The notes under the pieces are model-generated. The model did not search any database. It worked only from the letters and a program-made list of their open reading frames with translations, and was not told the DNA's origin. A DNA stretch of 64,000 bases, from NCBI GenBank assembly GCA_032161105.1, contig JAVHTD010000004.1; one strand, 5' to 3'. Shown piece by piece: positions 9,573 to 20,463 of this stretch (the first letter of the stretch is position 1; every line of letters starts with the position of its first letter). The stretch comes from Candidatus Thermosaccharophagus tengchongensis. Lineage in GTDB: Bacteria > Armatimonadota > Fervidibacteria > Fervidibacterales > Thermosaccharophagaceae. The position numbers were made by a program, and so were the translations under genes.

Positions 9573-10601
9573 GTGAGGCAGTTGAGCGATCGGCATCTTG
9601 CCAGCACACTTGATGATGAATTGAGAGCCGTTGAGAGATTGCGCGAGGCAAGGGAAGCAATACTTGGCGAGATACGGAAGGTCATCGTTGGGCAGGACGA
9701 AGTCATTGAACTCGTCCTCATTGCCCTATTCTCACAGGGTCATTGCCTCCTCATCGGCGTCCCCGGGCTGGCAAAGACTTTGCTCGTAAACAGCGTAGCG
9801 AAGGTGCTTGACCTATCATTCAAGCGGATACAATTCACACCGGACTTGATGCCGGCGGACATAATCGGAACCGACATACTTCAGGAAGACGCGCAGACCG
9901 GCAGGCGCATATTTGAGTTCGTGAAAGGTCCGATATTTGCTAACATCATCCTCGCCGATGAAATAAACCGTGCGCCACCGAAGACGCAATCGGCTCTGCT
10001 TGAGGCAATGCAAGAATACCGAGTGACAGCTGGCGGAAGAACTTACGAGCTCCCACTGCCGTTCTTCGTCCTCGCCACACAAAATCCGATAGAGCTTGAG
10101 GGGACTTATCCGCTGCCCGAAGCACAACTTGATAGGTTCATGTTTGCGATCACGCTTGACTACCCATCTCACGATGAGGAAAAGGAGATTGTGCGCCTGA
10201 CGACATCGCTGAGGAACCAAACGATTAACCCTGTGATGGGGGCAAAGGAAATACTTGAAGTGCAAGCACTCGTGCGCGGCGTGCCAGCTACCGAAAGCGT
10301 GATTGATTATGCAACACGGCTGGTCAGAAGCACACGCCCTCAGGATGAGCTCGCACCAAAGTTCGTCAAGCAATGGATCAGCTGGGGCGCTGGACCAAGA
10401 GCCTCGCAGTTCCTTATACTTGGAGCAAAGGCGAGGGCTATAACGATGGGAAGGTATGCGGCATCGGTTGAAGATGTGAAGGCAATAGCACATCCAGTCT
10501 TGAGGCACAGGATCGTTCTGAGCTACTCCGCAGAGGCTGACGGAGTGACTGCTGACCAAATCATCTCAAAGCTCATTCAACATGTCCCGGAGCCAAAGTG
10601 A
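9573..10601 (+). CDS. MoxR family AAA+ ATPase
   Basis: GVPGLAKT, RIQFTPDLMPAD, DEINRAPPKTQSALLEAM, TYPLPEAQLDRF. Confidence 0.95.
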   Translation: MRQLSDRHLASTLDDELRAVERLREAREAILGEIRKVIVGQDEVIELVLIALFSQGHCLLIGVPGLAKTLLVNSVAKVLDLSFKRIQFTPDLMPADIIGTDILQEDAQTGRRIFEFVKGPIFANIILADEINRAPPKTQSALLEAMQEYRVTAGGRTYELPLPFFVLATQNPIELEGTYPLPEAQLDRFMFAITLDYPSHDEEKEIVRLTTSLRNQTINPVMGAKEILEVQALVRGVPATESVIDYATRLVRSTRPQDELAPKFVKQWISWGAGPRASQFLILGAKARAITMGRYAASVEDVKAIAHPVLRHRIVLSYSAEADGVTADQIISKLIQHVPEPK

Positions 10602-10681
10602 CGATCTTAAAACAGGATGCCGATTGCCACCCGACCAAAAATCCCGATGGCGTTGCCGCTGTGTGCCCATTGAGGGACGGC

Positions 10682-12289
10682 TCATTGCTCATCCTCGCCG
10701 TTAAAGATGAGCTTGCGCACATCAATCAACTGCCCACTTGAAGGCTGAGGAGGTTGCTCAGGTTGCCGACCCACATGCGATTTGGAGGGCGCTTTTGAAT
10801 TCGTCTTGCTGCCCCGCGGCATTGACTCGCCTCTCATTGATGGTTCGGATCTTAAGTTCATAGCGCCGACCTTAATGATCGTCGGCTGCGGTGGATATGT
10901 ATCCTCATGGACTAACTCCTTGCGAACGAGCTTGCCATCCAAATATGTCAATCGCCATGTGGCTGTGACATATCCGCAGCGACCAAACTGCTCAACTCGC
11001 CTCTCACCAACGGGTAACGACGGATCCGCCTTTGATACAGTTGGTGGCGGAATAACCCTCATCAACTCACTGCGCACTTCATGCCGCACACCGATGCGCT
11101 TTCCGAGAATTAACACCGTCAGCTTCCCACCAATGGCACTTGCCTTTATGCAAACTGGGTAAGGATACGGGTTGCGCAGCTTGAGGTCAAGGCGCCCATA
11201 GTCAACTGTGGCATCCATCCCAGCTGGCAAGTAGCCAATCGGGCGGCTGTGGTGATGCCTCTCCACAATCTCCAAACCAGCGCGCAATGCTGCATTGAAC
11301 AGCGTCCCAGACACCTGACACACGCCACCACCAATGTCATGCTCAAACCTCCCCTTAACAAGCACTGGTGCAACTTTGTAGCCCCTATCAAAGCACCTCG
11401 GACCCACAGCCTCGTTAAATGAAAACACCTCACCTTGGCGAATGAGCTTCCCGTCAATTGCCGATGCCGCAAGACGAATGTTGTGCGAGCGCGTTGCCTT
11501 GCGAGTGCTGTAGTAGGTGGTGGACTTTCCAATGATGGCGTCTATGTGAGCCACATCCTCAGTTGAAACTCTCGGTGGCACTGGCGTGACGAAGATGGGC
11601 AGCTCACGCTCTATGAAAGCGCCCGTCTCAACAAGCCACCTCCATAAGCGCAGCGTCATCTCCTCCTCGCCCTCACCAAAACGAACCCCATAAGAGCTGC
11701 CAATGATTTTCGGTCGCTCACCAATGAGCATCACCTTGGCGTCCTTTGGCGGGCGCTCCATCATTTGTCCAAGTCGCCTTATCAAACGCATTGCAACATC
11801 GCCATCCAACACATACTTTGGTGGGACTTCAAAGCCGTGCACTCTCGCCCGCAGGCGCTCACGCAGCCGACATGTAAAGCCGCCGCGCCGACCATACTCA
11901 TATGCGGTTTTGACGACCCAATCAACATCAAATCGGATGCCGACTGAGCGCGCTTCATATTCCCATGAGGCTTGGCAATGATTGCCTTCGGTCATCCTCA
12001 CCACTATGCGAACCCTGCTTTGCCCTATGCGCCTCGCAAAGGATTGATGTAGCTTCCTTCTCGCCCGCTCCGGCGTCATGCCGCTTAGATCGCAACCGGT
12101 GAAATCACAAAGCGGGGAGAAGCCAATCCCGCGAATGATTCTCCCATCATCCCGGTAGGCGAAGGAGAGCGCCAGAATAACAAGAGCTGATGCGGCGACC
12201 GATGATGCGGCAATCACGAGCAAGCGCATGTTAAAGCGCCCCAACCTTTGACTCACATCGCCGGTCATCCCGCCATCCGAATGCACCAT
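10682..12289 (-). CDS. VanW family protein with G5 domain
   Basis: FSFNEAVGPR, GGGVCQVSGTLFNA, ERHHHS, DATV; C-terminal G5-like segment. Confidence 0.92.
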   Translation of the reverse strand: MVHSDGGMTGDVSQRLGRFNMRLLVIAASSVAASALVILALSFAYRDDGRIIRGIGFSPLCDFTGCDLSGMTPERARRKLHQSFARRIGQSRVRIVVRMTEGNHCQASWEYEARSVGIRFDVDWVVKTAYEYGRRGGFTCRLRERLRARVHGFEVPPKYVLDGDVAMRLIRRLGQMMERPPKDAKVMLIGERPKIIGSSYGVRFGEGEEEMTLRLWRWLVETGAFIERELPIFVTPVPPRVSTEDVAHIDAIIGKSTTYYSTRKATRSHNIRLAASAIDGKLIRQGEVFSFNEAVGPRCFDRGYKVAPVLVKGRFEHDIGGGVCQVSGTLFNAALRAGLEIVERHHHSRPIGYLPAGMDATVDYGRLDLKLRNPYPYPVCIKASAIGGKLTVLILGKRIGVRHEVRSELMRVIPPPTVSKADPSLPVGERRVEQFGRCGYVTATWRLTYLDGKLVRKELVHEDTYPPQPTIIKVGAMNLRSEPSMRGESMPRGSKTNSKAPSKSHVGRQPEQPPQPSSGQLIDVRKLIFNGEDEQ

Positions 12290-12321
12290 GGCATATCGCC
12301 TTCATCGCATCATGTGCGCAT

Positions 12322-13761
12322 TCATGTTGCCCTTCTCCATCTTGTGCCGGTTTGTGTATCCTCAAGGATGATCCCAAGCTGCTTCATGCGTTCCCTTATC
12401 ATGTCGGCGAGTTCGTAATCCTTCCTTTGACGCAGCCTCTGCCTCACATCAATTAAAAGCTCAATCAGGCGCTCAGTCTCACCGACGCCGATTGCAACCT
12501 GTGGCACATCTATTCCGAGTATGCTCAGAGCCTCATTCACAGCGCCAATGCAATTTGCGATTTCCTCACGAACGGCGTCAGAGGGCGATGAGAGCTCACC
12601 GAATAGAGCATTTGCAACTTTAACGAACTCAAACAGCTCGCCAATGGCTTGCGCTGTGTTAAAGTCATCCTCCATCGCCTCATGGAATGAGCGCACAAAT
12701 CGCTCACGCTCGTCACGGAGCTTATCCACGACTCCGCTTCCCCCCTCACCGCTTGAGGGAAGCCTCATTAACGAATTTGCGGCTGCCAAAAAATTCCCGA
12801 CGCGCTCAAGTGCCGCCTTGGCTTGCTCAATGCGCTCATCGGTGTAATCCATCGGGCTCCTATAGTGCACGCTCAAAAATGCAAGGCGCAATGCATCCTT
12901 ACCGTGCTCCATCAATGCTTCCCTCAGCCGAACGAAGTTCCCGAGCGACTTCGCCATCTTCTTTCCGCCGACAGTCACAAGTCCGGAATGCACCCAATAG
13001 CGCACAAATGGGCTTTGCCCAGTGTAAGCCTCAGATTGCGCAATCTCGTTCTCGTGATGCGGGAAGACAAGGTCAAGTGCGCCACCGTGTATGTCAAAGC
13101 CACCACCGAGATACTTGAGCGACATAGCGCTGCACTCAATATGCCATCCCGGACGACCCTTCCCCCAAGGGCTATCCCAACATGGCTCGCCCTCCTTTGC
13201 GGCTTTCCAGAGGGCGAAGTCAAGCGGGTTTTTGAGGCGCTCATCAACTTCAACTCTCGCTCCAGCAATAAGTGAACTCAAGTCCTGCTTTGACAGCTGC
13301 CCATAGCGTGGAAACCTTGAAACATCAAAGTAGACATCGCCATTGACTTGGTAAGCATAGCCTTTCTCAATCAGAACGCGCACCATTTCAATTATCTCGG
13401 GGATGTGCTCCGTCACTCTCGGTTCAACATGCGGTTTTAGTAGCCCAAGCGCACGCATATCCTCTTCAGCTTCAGCAATCTGGCGTTGGACGAGTTCGCT
13501 CGGCGATATGCCAAGCTCCCTTGCACGGTTGATTATCTTGTCGTCAATGTCGGTGATGTTCTGCACATGGAAAACATGGTAGCCACGATGTTCCAAGTAG
13601 CGCCGTATGACATCAAATACCGTGAATGTCCTTGCGTGCCCAACATGAAGGGCATCATACGGCGTTATGCCGCACACATACATGTAGACCTTGCCCTCTT
13701 CCCTCGTCACAAACCTCTCCTTGGTTTGCGTAAGCGTGTTGTATATGAAGATGTCGCCCAT
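12322..13761 (-). CDS. cysS: Cysteine--tRNA ligase
   Basis: YVCGITPYD, HVGH, GRPGWHIECSAMS, FPHHENE, KMAKS; start moved to MGDIFIYNTL. Confidence 0.97.
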   Translation of the reverse strand: MGDIFIYNTLTQTKERFVTREEGKVYMYVCGITPYDALHVGHARTFTVFDVIRRYLEHRGYHVFHVQNITDIDDKIINRARELGISPSELVQRQIAEAEEDMRALGLLKPHVEPRVTEHIPEIIEMVRVLIEKGYAYQVNGDVYFDVSRFPRYGQLSKQDLSSLIAGARVEVDERLKNPLDFALWKAAKEGEPCWDSPWGKGRPGWHIECSAMSLKYLGGGFDIHGGALDLVFPHHENEIAQSEAYTGQSPFVRYWVHSGLVTVGGKKMAKSLGNFVRLREALMEHGKDALRLAFLSVHYRSPMDYTDERIEQAKAALERVGNFLAAANSLMRLPSSGEGGSGVVDKLRDERERFVRSFHEAMEDDFNTAQAIGELFEFVKVANALFGELSSPSDAVREEIANCIGAVNEALSILGIDVPQVAIGVGETERLIELLIDVRQRLRQRKDYELADMIRERMKQLGIILEDTQTGTRWRRAT

Positions 13762-13866
13762 ACCGTTGCATACCCCCAATGGCGCAAGTGATGGACATGT
13801 TCGTTCCGATGCATCATACTCATTTGGCGTGCAATGCATGTTCACATCAAAGCATGGTGCGCAGTT

Positions 13867-15312
13867 ATGGCGCGGAAAATCGCAACCGCAACATTGATAG
13901 CATTGCTCGCGCTGATCATAAGGTGCGCCGTCACACTCACATGGTTCAACCAACGGGAGAGAATATTTGCCCCCGATTCGTATGGTTACGAGAGGCTCGC
14001 CATCAACTTGATTGAGCATGGCGCATTCTCTCAGTCGGCTATCCCGCCGCTTGTCCCGGATACGCACCGGACACCACTTTACCCGCTGTTCATCTTGGCA
14101 GTTTATCGCGCAGTTGGCGAGTATCCAACGGCTGTCGTCATCTCCCAAGACATCATTGACGCCATTAGCACCATCCTCATTTATGCCATAGCGAGCGGCG
14201 CATCAACGCACGCTGCGGGTGTGCTCGCATCAATTGCATATGCCATAGCGCCTCTCCCCATATTTCAATGTCAGAGGATGCTATCAGAGACGCTCTTTGT
14301 CTTTCTCACGCTCGCAGCTGTGCTTGCTGGGTTAAAGGCGCTTGCGCGCTTCCGCACGGGAGCAATAGCGGCTTGCGGCTTGCTCCTCGGACTGGCAACG
14401 CTCACAAGACCCATCGGCATTGGCATCTGGCTCATTTGGCTTGTGGCGCTCGCAGTGGCAGCTCGCAGGCTCGCTTTCTCCACATGGCTTCAAGCGATGG
14501 GCAAATTCGCGCTCTCATTCCTGCTCCCGATTGCGCCATGGCTCATACGCAACTTCATCGCTTTTAAAATGCTCTTCCTGTGCACAGGGCATCATCTCGC
14601 ATTCGCTTACTACAATGCCGCTGCAGTGCTTTCACGAGCAAAGGGCATATCGCTTGAGCAAGCACAAGTTCAGCTATTTAACCAGTCCATAAACGACTTC
14701 AAAGGAATGCGCCCATTCAAAGCCGAGAGAGCAAACGACATATGGCAACCGGCAGTGCAAGACCCGAGGAATGTAGCGGCATTGGTGAGGCATGCCAGAG
14801 ATGTCATAAAGCGATACCCGATTGAAGCCATATCGGTGCACACTGAGGGCTTTGCGCAATACATGTTCATGACGCTCCCGATCAGGGATGTGCTTGCCAA
14901 GTTTGCCGGCAGCGAGGAGCACAGCAAGCCGATACGGGAGCGAATAATGAAGCTGCTCAGGGATGGCAAAGTAGGCGCTGCCATCTCAACCGCTTGGAAT
15001 GAGCGGCTGCATCAACTTCCACTCGCGGCAAAGTTGCTATGGCTATACAGTCTCCTGTTTGCGCTTCTCGTTGAAGGTGTGGCACTCAGCTCCGTCAAGG
15101 TGTGCATCAGGCGCGGGAATGCTGTGAGGACGGTTTGCCTGCTTTGCATGTCAATGGCGCTCTACTTGCTCCTCAGCCCCGGTCCGCAACTTGAGCCACG
15201 ATTTAGAGCAATCGCAGAGCCGTGGCTAATCATCCTCGCCTCAATTGGCATCTCCAACATTGCCGAGGGCAAGCGAAAGGGCGCAATGCAGCAAAGCGCA
15301 ATCAGCAGATGA
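13867..15312 (+). CDS. GT-C fold membrane glycosyltransferase (ArnT/PMT_2-like)
   Basis: PDSYGY, RTPLYP, LSETLF, LATLTRP, PWLIRN; many TM helices. Confidence 0.8.
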   Translation: MARKIATATLIALLALIIRCAVTLTWFNQRERIFAPDSYGYERLAINLIEHGAFSQSAIPPLVPDTHRTPLYPLFILAVYRAVGEYPTAVVISQDIIDAISTILIYAIASGASTHAAGVLASIAYAIAPLPIFQCQRMLSETLFVFLTLAAVLAGLKALARFRTGAIAACGLLLGLATLTRPIGIGIWLIWLVALAVAARRLAFSTWLQAMGKFALSFLLPIAPWLIRNFIAFKMLFLCTGHHLAFAYYNAAAVLSRAKGISLEQAQVQLFNQSINDFKGMRPFKAERANDIWQPAVQDPRNVAALVRHARDVIKRYPIEAISVHTEGFAQYMFMTLPIRDVLAKFAGSEEHSKPIRERIMKLLRDGKVGAAISTAWNERLHQLPLAAKLLWLYSLLFALLVEGVALSSVKVCIRRGNAVRTVCLLCMSMALYLLLSPGPQLEPRFRAIAEPWLIILASIGISNIAEGKRKGAMQQSAISR

Positions 15313-15324
15313 CCAAGCCAGCAA

Positions 15325-15945
15325 TCAATCTTTAGTCAATTTGAGCCGCATGAGGAAGCGCTCCGAAATGATTGCGCGCCTTTCGGTAATGACGCAATCC
15401 ACCGGGACATCATCCTCATCGGATGGCACCGAATCAAACACTTGGAATTCAAATGCAACGCCGATGGTGCATGCCGACTTTGGCAGCTCCCCCAAAAAAC
15501 GGTCGTAATAACCGCCTCCCCTACCAATGCGCCTGCAACGCTCATCAAACGCCCTCCCCGGAACTATCACGGCTTCAATTTCATCCAAGGGCACAATCTG
15601 ACACTCCCCCTTTGGCTCCCTTATGCCGTAGGTGCCAACCGCAACTTGCTCATCAAAAGATGAGATGAGCCTCGGTATGATTCTCCTTGAGGTTCTCTCA
15701 ACCTGTGGAAGGCACACGCGCACACCGACGCTGAGCAACTGCCGTATCAGCGGCTCAACATTAACTTCATCATTCATCGGAGCATAAAGCATGACCGTAG
15801 ATGCACCAATTGAACACAGCAACTGAAAGACACTTTGACAGATTGACTCGCTGAGCACTTGCCTATCATTCGCTTTAAGCGACTCAAACCTTTCCCTGAC
15901 GAGCCTCCTCAAATTGGCTTTTCGACGCTTCAACTCGCTTCCCAT
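15325..15945 (-). CDS. 5-formyltetrahydrofolate cyclo-ligase
   Basis: IVPGRAFD, RIGRGGGYYDRFL. Confidence 0.95.
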   Translation of the reverse strand: MGSELKRRKANLRRLVRERFESLKANDRQVLSESICQSVFQLLCSIGASTVMLYAPMNDEVNVEPLIRQLLSVGVRVCLPQVERTSRRIIPRLISSFDEQVAVGTYGIREPKGECQIVPLDEIEAVIVPGRAFDERCRRIGRGGGYYDRFLGELPKSACTIGVAFEFQVFDSVPSDEDDVPVDCVITERRAIISERFLMRLKLTKD

Positions 15946-16129
15946 ATGCCGGCATCACCTCAATCTGGAACGGGCGGCAAAGGGCATCAAGTGCATGGCT
16001 CCCATTCAATGTTGCCAGCAGCATGTTATGCCGTTATGCTAATAGCGAGATTTAACTCAATGCCGAGTTGAAAGCTTCAGCACCATTGTGATGGCTAATT
16101 TTGCTCGGCTCAACTTGGGGTGTAAGGTA

Positions 16130-17620
16130 ATGCACAAAATCAGGCCGACATTGAGTGAGTTCATTGAGCTCTCGTCGCGTGGCAATTTGATACCCGTGTA
16201 TGGCGAGATGCTCGCCGACCTGGAGACGCCCGTATCCGCATTCCTGAAGCTATGCGGAGAGCCATTTTCATTCCTCCTTGAGAGCGTTGAGGGTGGTGAG
16301 ACAATTGCACGCTATTCCTTTCTCGGGACAAATCCGTTCATGCGCTTCTCAAGCAAAGGCAACACGGTGCGGATTGAGAGAGGCGAAACTGTCATTGAGA
16401 GGCAGCTGAAGAACAATGAAGATCCATTGCATGTCCTTCAGGGCATAATGAGTGAGTTCAAGTTTGTATCGCTCCCCGAGCTGCCCCGCTTTTGCGGTGG
16501 CGCAGTCGGATACATCTCATATGACATGGTCAGGTTTTTTGAGCGCCTTCCGGAGCTGGCTGAGGACGACCTGCAGCTCCCGGATTGCCAATTCATGCTC
16601 GCCGATACGCTCGTCATCTTTGACCATGTGATGCGAAAGATGAAGGTGCTCGTCAATGCTTATATTGAGGGCGACCCAAAAGCCGCGTATGATAATGCCG
16701 TTGAAAGGGTTGAGGGAATGCTCAAAGTCCTGATGGAGAGACAGCTGACCATGTTAAAGCCACAGAGGGCACAAAGCGACTTGCAGCTGAATATCACCTC
16801 AAACATGAGCCAAGATTACTTCATGGACATCGTCAGGCGAGCGAAGGAATACATCGCCGCCGGAGACTGCATTCAAGTTGTGCTCTCGCAGCGCTTGCAC
16901 ACGAAGGTCAGCGCTACCCCTTTCAACATCTACCGAGCATTGCGCTCAATCAACCCCTCACCATACATGTTCTACCTGACATTCGGCGACTTGCACCTTG
17001 TAGGCTCATCCCCGGAAATACTCGTCACCTGCATTGGCAGGCATGTCCGCACAAGACCACTTGCAGGAACGAGGCGGCGAGGGAAGACGCCAGAGGAGGA
17101 TAAACGACTTGAAGCGGAGTTGCTGAGCGATGAGAAAGAGCGTGCCGAACACATAATGCTCGTTGACTTGGGACGAAATGATATTGGGAGGGTTTGCAAG
17201 ATAGGCAGCGTTAGAGTAACAGAGCTGATGCAGGTTGAGCGCTATTCGCATGTCATGCACATTTACTCCACAGTTGAGGGCGAACTTGATGAGCGCTATA
17301 CGCCGTATGACCTGCTCAGGGCTTCATTCCCAGCTGGGACGGTCTCAGGGGCGCCAAAGGTGAGGGCTATGGAAATAATTGAGGAGCTTGAGCCAACAAG
17401 GCGCGGCCCTTATGCAGGCGCCGTTGGCTACTTCAGCTTCTCCGGGAACATGGACACTGCGATAACAATACGCACAATCATCATGAAGGGCGAGGATGCA
17501 TATGTTCAAGCCGGCGCCGGAATAGTTGCCGACTCCATCCCGCAGCGTGAATATGAGGAGACGATGAACAAGGCTATGGCACTGATAGCTGCAATTGAGA
17601 TGGCACACAGGGAGCTTTAA
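16130..17620 (+). CDS. trpE: Anthranilate synthase component I
   Basis: FLLES, NPSPYM, SSPE, PLAGT, KERAEHIMLVDLGRND, AGAGIVADS. Confidence 0.93.
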   Translation: MHKIRPTLSEFIELSSRGNLIPVYGEMLADLETPVSAFLKLCGEPFSFLLESVEGGETIARYSFLGTNPFMRFSSKGNTVRIERGETVIERQLKNNEDPLHVLQGIMSEFKFVSLPELPRFCGGAVGYISYDMVRFFERLPELAEDDLQLPDCQFMLADTLVIFDHVMRKMKVLVNAYIEGDPKAAYDNAVERVEGMLKVLMERQLTMLKPQRAQSDLQLNITSNMSQDYFMDIVRRAKEYIAAGDCIQVVLSQRLHTKVSATPFNIYRALRSINPSPYMFYLTFGDLHLVGSSPEILVTCIGRHVRTRPLAGTRRRGKTPEEDKRLEAELLSDEKERAEHIMLVDLGRNDIGRVCKIGSVRVTELMQVERYSHVMHIYSTVEGELDERYTPYDLLRASFPAGTVSGAPKVRAMEIIEELEPTRRGPYAGAVGYFSFSGNMDTAITIRTIIMKGEDAYVQAGAGIVADSIPQREYEETMNKAMALIAAIEMAHREL

Positions 17621-17648
17621 AAGCCATACCTGAAGAGGGTGAACGGCT

Positions 17649-18098
17649 GTGCGGGCGGTAGTGCAGCGCACGCAATATGCGCATGTTGAAGTTGATGGGA
17701 ATGTGGTGGCGGCAATCGGCAACGGGTTAGTGGTTCTCCTCGGCATCGGAGTCGGGGATGACGAATCGGATGCCAATTACCTCGCAAGCAAAGTTGCGCA
17801 CTTGCGCATCTTTGAAGACGACTCGGGAAAGCTCAACCTTTCGGTGCTTGAAGTCAACGGCGAAGTGCTCGTCGTATCCAACTTCACGCTTTACGGCGAC
17901 TGCCGAAAGGGGCGCAGACCGAGTTTCACTGAGGCAGCACCACCTGAGTTGGCAGAGCGCCTTTATGAGGCGTTCATAGAGGCGCTCAGGTGTGAGGGCG
18001 TAAAAGTATCTCAAGGGTTGTTTGGCGCAAGGATGGTCATCAGGATAGACAACGATGGACCAGTGACACTGCTCCTTGACAGCAAGAAGCAGTTTTGA
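17649..18098 (+). CDS. dtd: D-aminoacyl-tRNA deacylase
   Basis: [27 protein letters not shown]. Confidence 0.97.
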   Translation: MRAVVQRTQYAHVEVDGNVVAAIGNGLVVLLGIGVGDDESDANYLASKVAHLRIFEDDSGKLNLSVLEVNGEVLVVSNFTLYGDCRKGRRPSFTEAAPPELAERLYEAFIEALRCEGVKVSQGLFGARMVIRIDNDGPVTLLLDSKKQF

Positions 18099-18252
18099 AA
18101 AGCTCCCGAAATGCATTCACATTCATCGGCTGATGATCGTAGCAGCATAGTCGGATGCTTGCAAGAGGCGCTCAAGTGATGCGCTATATGCTAAACCATC
18201 GCGCTACACTGTCGTATATGCATATGGCAATTTAAAGGGGTGGAATGTTGCT

Positions 18253-19113
18253 ATGGCAGCGGCACAGGTGCTGAGCGTTGAGGAGCTGAAGGAGAAGGCA
18301 AGGGTTATCCGAAAGCACATTATCGTGATGACGACGCTCGCTGGGTCGGGTCATCCAACAACTGCACTATCAATGGTTGAGGTGCTCGTTGCACTCTACT
18401 TCGGCGGGATACTACGCTACGACCCAACCAATCCGCATTGGGAGGACAGAGATAGGTTTATCCTGAGCAAGGGGCATGGCTGTCCAGCGCTTTATGCAGT
18501 GCTTGCCGAAGCCGGTTACTTCCCAGTTGAGCAGCTCAAAACTCTGCGCCAGCTTGGGAGCCCACTTGAAGGTCATCCGAACATGCGCGCCCTACCGGGA
18601 ATTGAAGCATCCACTGGCTCGCTCGGGCAGGGGCTCTCAATCGGCTTGGGACACGCGCTTGCAGCTCGCCTTGATGGGCGAGATTATCATGTGTTTGTCA
18701 TGGTCGGTGACGGTGAGTGCGATGAAGGGCAAGTCTGGGAGGCTGCAATGGCTGCAAAGCATTTCAAGGTGGACAACCTGACCTGCATCGTTGACCATAA
18801 CAAGTATCAGCAGACTGGCTGCGTGTTTGATGTGATGGACTACCGTCCATTCGCCGACAAGTGGCGCGCTTTTGGTTGGCATGTGCAGGAGATAGATGGA
18901 CACGACATTGAGCAAGTGCTTAATGCGCTTAGGCTCGCAAAGGGCAAGCCAGAAAAGGGCACACCAACCGTCATCATCGCGCACACCGTAAAGGGCAAGG
19001 GCGTTTCATTCCTTGAGCACAGAAGCGACATGCACGGACGCGCGGTCAAAATTGATGAAGCCAAAAGGGCATTGGAGGAATTGGGATGGAGCTGGGAAGA
19101 AGAATTGGGTTAA
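18253..19113 (+). CDS. Transketolase, N-terminal (ThDP-binding) subunit
   Basis: DRFILSKGH, TGSLGQG, GDGECDEGQVWEA, HTVKGKG. Confidence 0.95.
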   Translation: MAAAQVLSVEELKEKARVIRKHIIVMTTLAGSGHPTTALSMVEVLVALYFGGILRYDPTNPHWEDRDRFILSKGHGCPALYAVLAEAGYFPVEQLKTLRQLGSPLEGHPNMRALPGIEASTGSLGQGLSIGLGHALAARLDGRDYHVFVMVGDGECDEGQVWEAAMAAKHFKVDNLTCIVDHNKYQQTGCVFDVMDYRPFADKWRAFGWHVQEIDGHDIEQVLNALRLAKGKPEKGTPTVIIAHTVKGKGVSFLEHRSDMHGRAVKIDEAKRALEELGWSWEEELG

Positions 19114-20051
19114 AGCTTGGTCTCTCAACGAGGGAGGCATTTGGCAGGGCACTCGCCGAACTCGGCGAGGAGGTGCCAAACATCGTCGTCATAGACGGCG
19201 ATGTGAATAACTCAACTCGCACTGAGCACTTCGCAAAGCGCTTCCCGGAGCGCTTCTTCAACTTTGGCATTGCTGAGTCAAACATGGTCGGCGTAGCTGG
19301 CGGCATGGCTGCATGCGGCAAGATACCGGTCGTGGCGAGCTTCGCCTGCTTCCTGATGTGCAACGCCTTTGATCAACTGCGCATGTCAGTTGCATACCCG
19401 AGGATGAATGTTAAGCTCGTCGGGAGCCACGCCGGAATAAGCATTGGGCAGGATGGTCCTTCACAGATGGGTGTTGAGGATGTGGCGCTCGCATGCGCTC
19501 TGGGTGGCGTCGTCGTCATAGTGCCGGCAGATGAGGTTGAAACGAGGGAGGCAGTTAGGGCGGCAATTTATCACGAAGGTCCGGTTTACATCCGCGTTGG
19601 GCGTCCGGAAGTTCCGATCGTTTACACCGACGGGTGCGACTTCAAAATAGGCAAAGCAAACAAGCTGCGAGATGGCACCGATGTGACGCTCATAGCCAAC
19701 GGGATCATGGTAGCTGCAGCACTTGAGGCTGCATACCTCCTTGAACAAGAGGGGATAAGCGCACGCGTCCTTGACATGCACACCGTTAAGCCAATTGATG
19801 CCGATGCGATTGAGGAAGCCGCAAGGGAGACTGGCGCGATAGTAGTTGCAGAAGAGCACTTTGCATATGGCGGGCTCGGAAGCGTTGTTGCGATGGCTGC
19901 CGCACAGAGGCATCCAGTGCCAATTGAATTTATCAACCTCGGCGATACTTACTCCCCCTCCGGTGTTCCGGATGACCTTTTGCGCCATTACGGCTTAACC
20001 GCAGACAATGTAGCCAATGCCGCAAAGAGGGCGATTGAGCGCAAGCGCTGA
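19086..20051 (+). CDS. Transketolase, C-terminal subunit
   Basis: TREAFG, GIAESNM, GQDGPSQ, HTVKPID; overlaps the N-terminal subunit gene. Confidence 0.95.
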   Translation: MELGRRIGLKLGLSTREAFGRALAELGEEVPNIVVIDGDVNNSTRTEHFAKRFPERFFNFGIAESNMVGVAGGMAACGKIPVVASFACFLMCNAFDQLRMSVAYPRMNVKLVGSHAGISIGQDGPSQMGVEDVALACALGGVVVIVPADEVETREAVRAAIYHEGPVYIRVGRPEVPIVYTDGCDFKIGKANKLRDGTDVTLIANGIMVAAALEAAYLLEQEGISARVLDMHTVKPIDADAIEEAARETGAIVVAEEHFAYGGLGSVVAMAAAQRHPVPIEFINLGDTYSPSGVPDDLLRHYGLTADNVANAAKRAIERKR

Positions 20052-20085
20052 GAGCGTAAAGGGCTTTGCGTGAGGCTCAAGACAG

Positions 20086-20463
20086 ATGGCGGATGTCATT
20101 GTGGGGTGCGCGCCTATGCGCACAACAAAGTCAACGGCGCAAATGGAAGACGAGGCAAAGCTTCGCAGTGAACTTGAGGCTGCACTTTGTGAGCTTGGCG
20201 TGCGCATACTGAAGGGCAAGTTCTCCGGAAAAGGCGGCTTAGGGCGATACAAGGGGAGGTGGATTGTGGCACTTGATTATAACCTACCAGAGCATGTTAA
20301 GGTGATGCTCCTCGCCAAAGCTGCCTCAATGTTTGATGCCGGCTCGCTCAAGCTTTCACAGGAAGCTCAGGCACTGGTTGAGCGCCTTCGGACCGATGAG
20401 AAGCAAATCAAGCCAATTAGCATGGAGAGCGAGGAGAGCGAGAGGAATAAGCCGAGCAAATAG
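20086..20463 (+). CDS. Hypothetical protein
   Basis: Fills the gap after transketolase; protein-like sequence (GVRILKGKFSGKGGLGRYKGRWIVALD); 3' end overlaps the convergent gene. Confidence 0.55.
   Translation: MADVIVGCAPMRTTKSTAQMEDEAKLRSELEAALCELGVRILKGKFSGKGGLGRYKGRWIVALDYNLPEHVKVMLLAKAASMFDAGSLKLSQEAQALVERLRTDEKQIKPISMESEESERNKPSK

Noticed and set aside
13762..14148. Cys-rich N-terminal extension of CysS
   Set aside because: Overlaps the divergent glycosyltransferase gene; the family-typical start is MGDIFIYNTL at 13761
15946..16129. Possible 6S RNA upstream of the 5-formyl-THF cyclo-ligase, or a trp attenuator before trpE
   Set aside because: No long rod-like pairing, no Trp-codon leader and no terminator seen; the space must also hold divergent promoters
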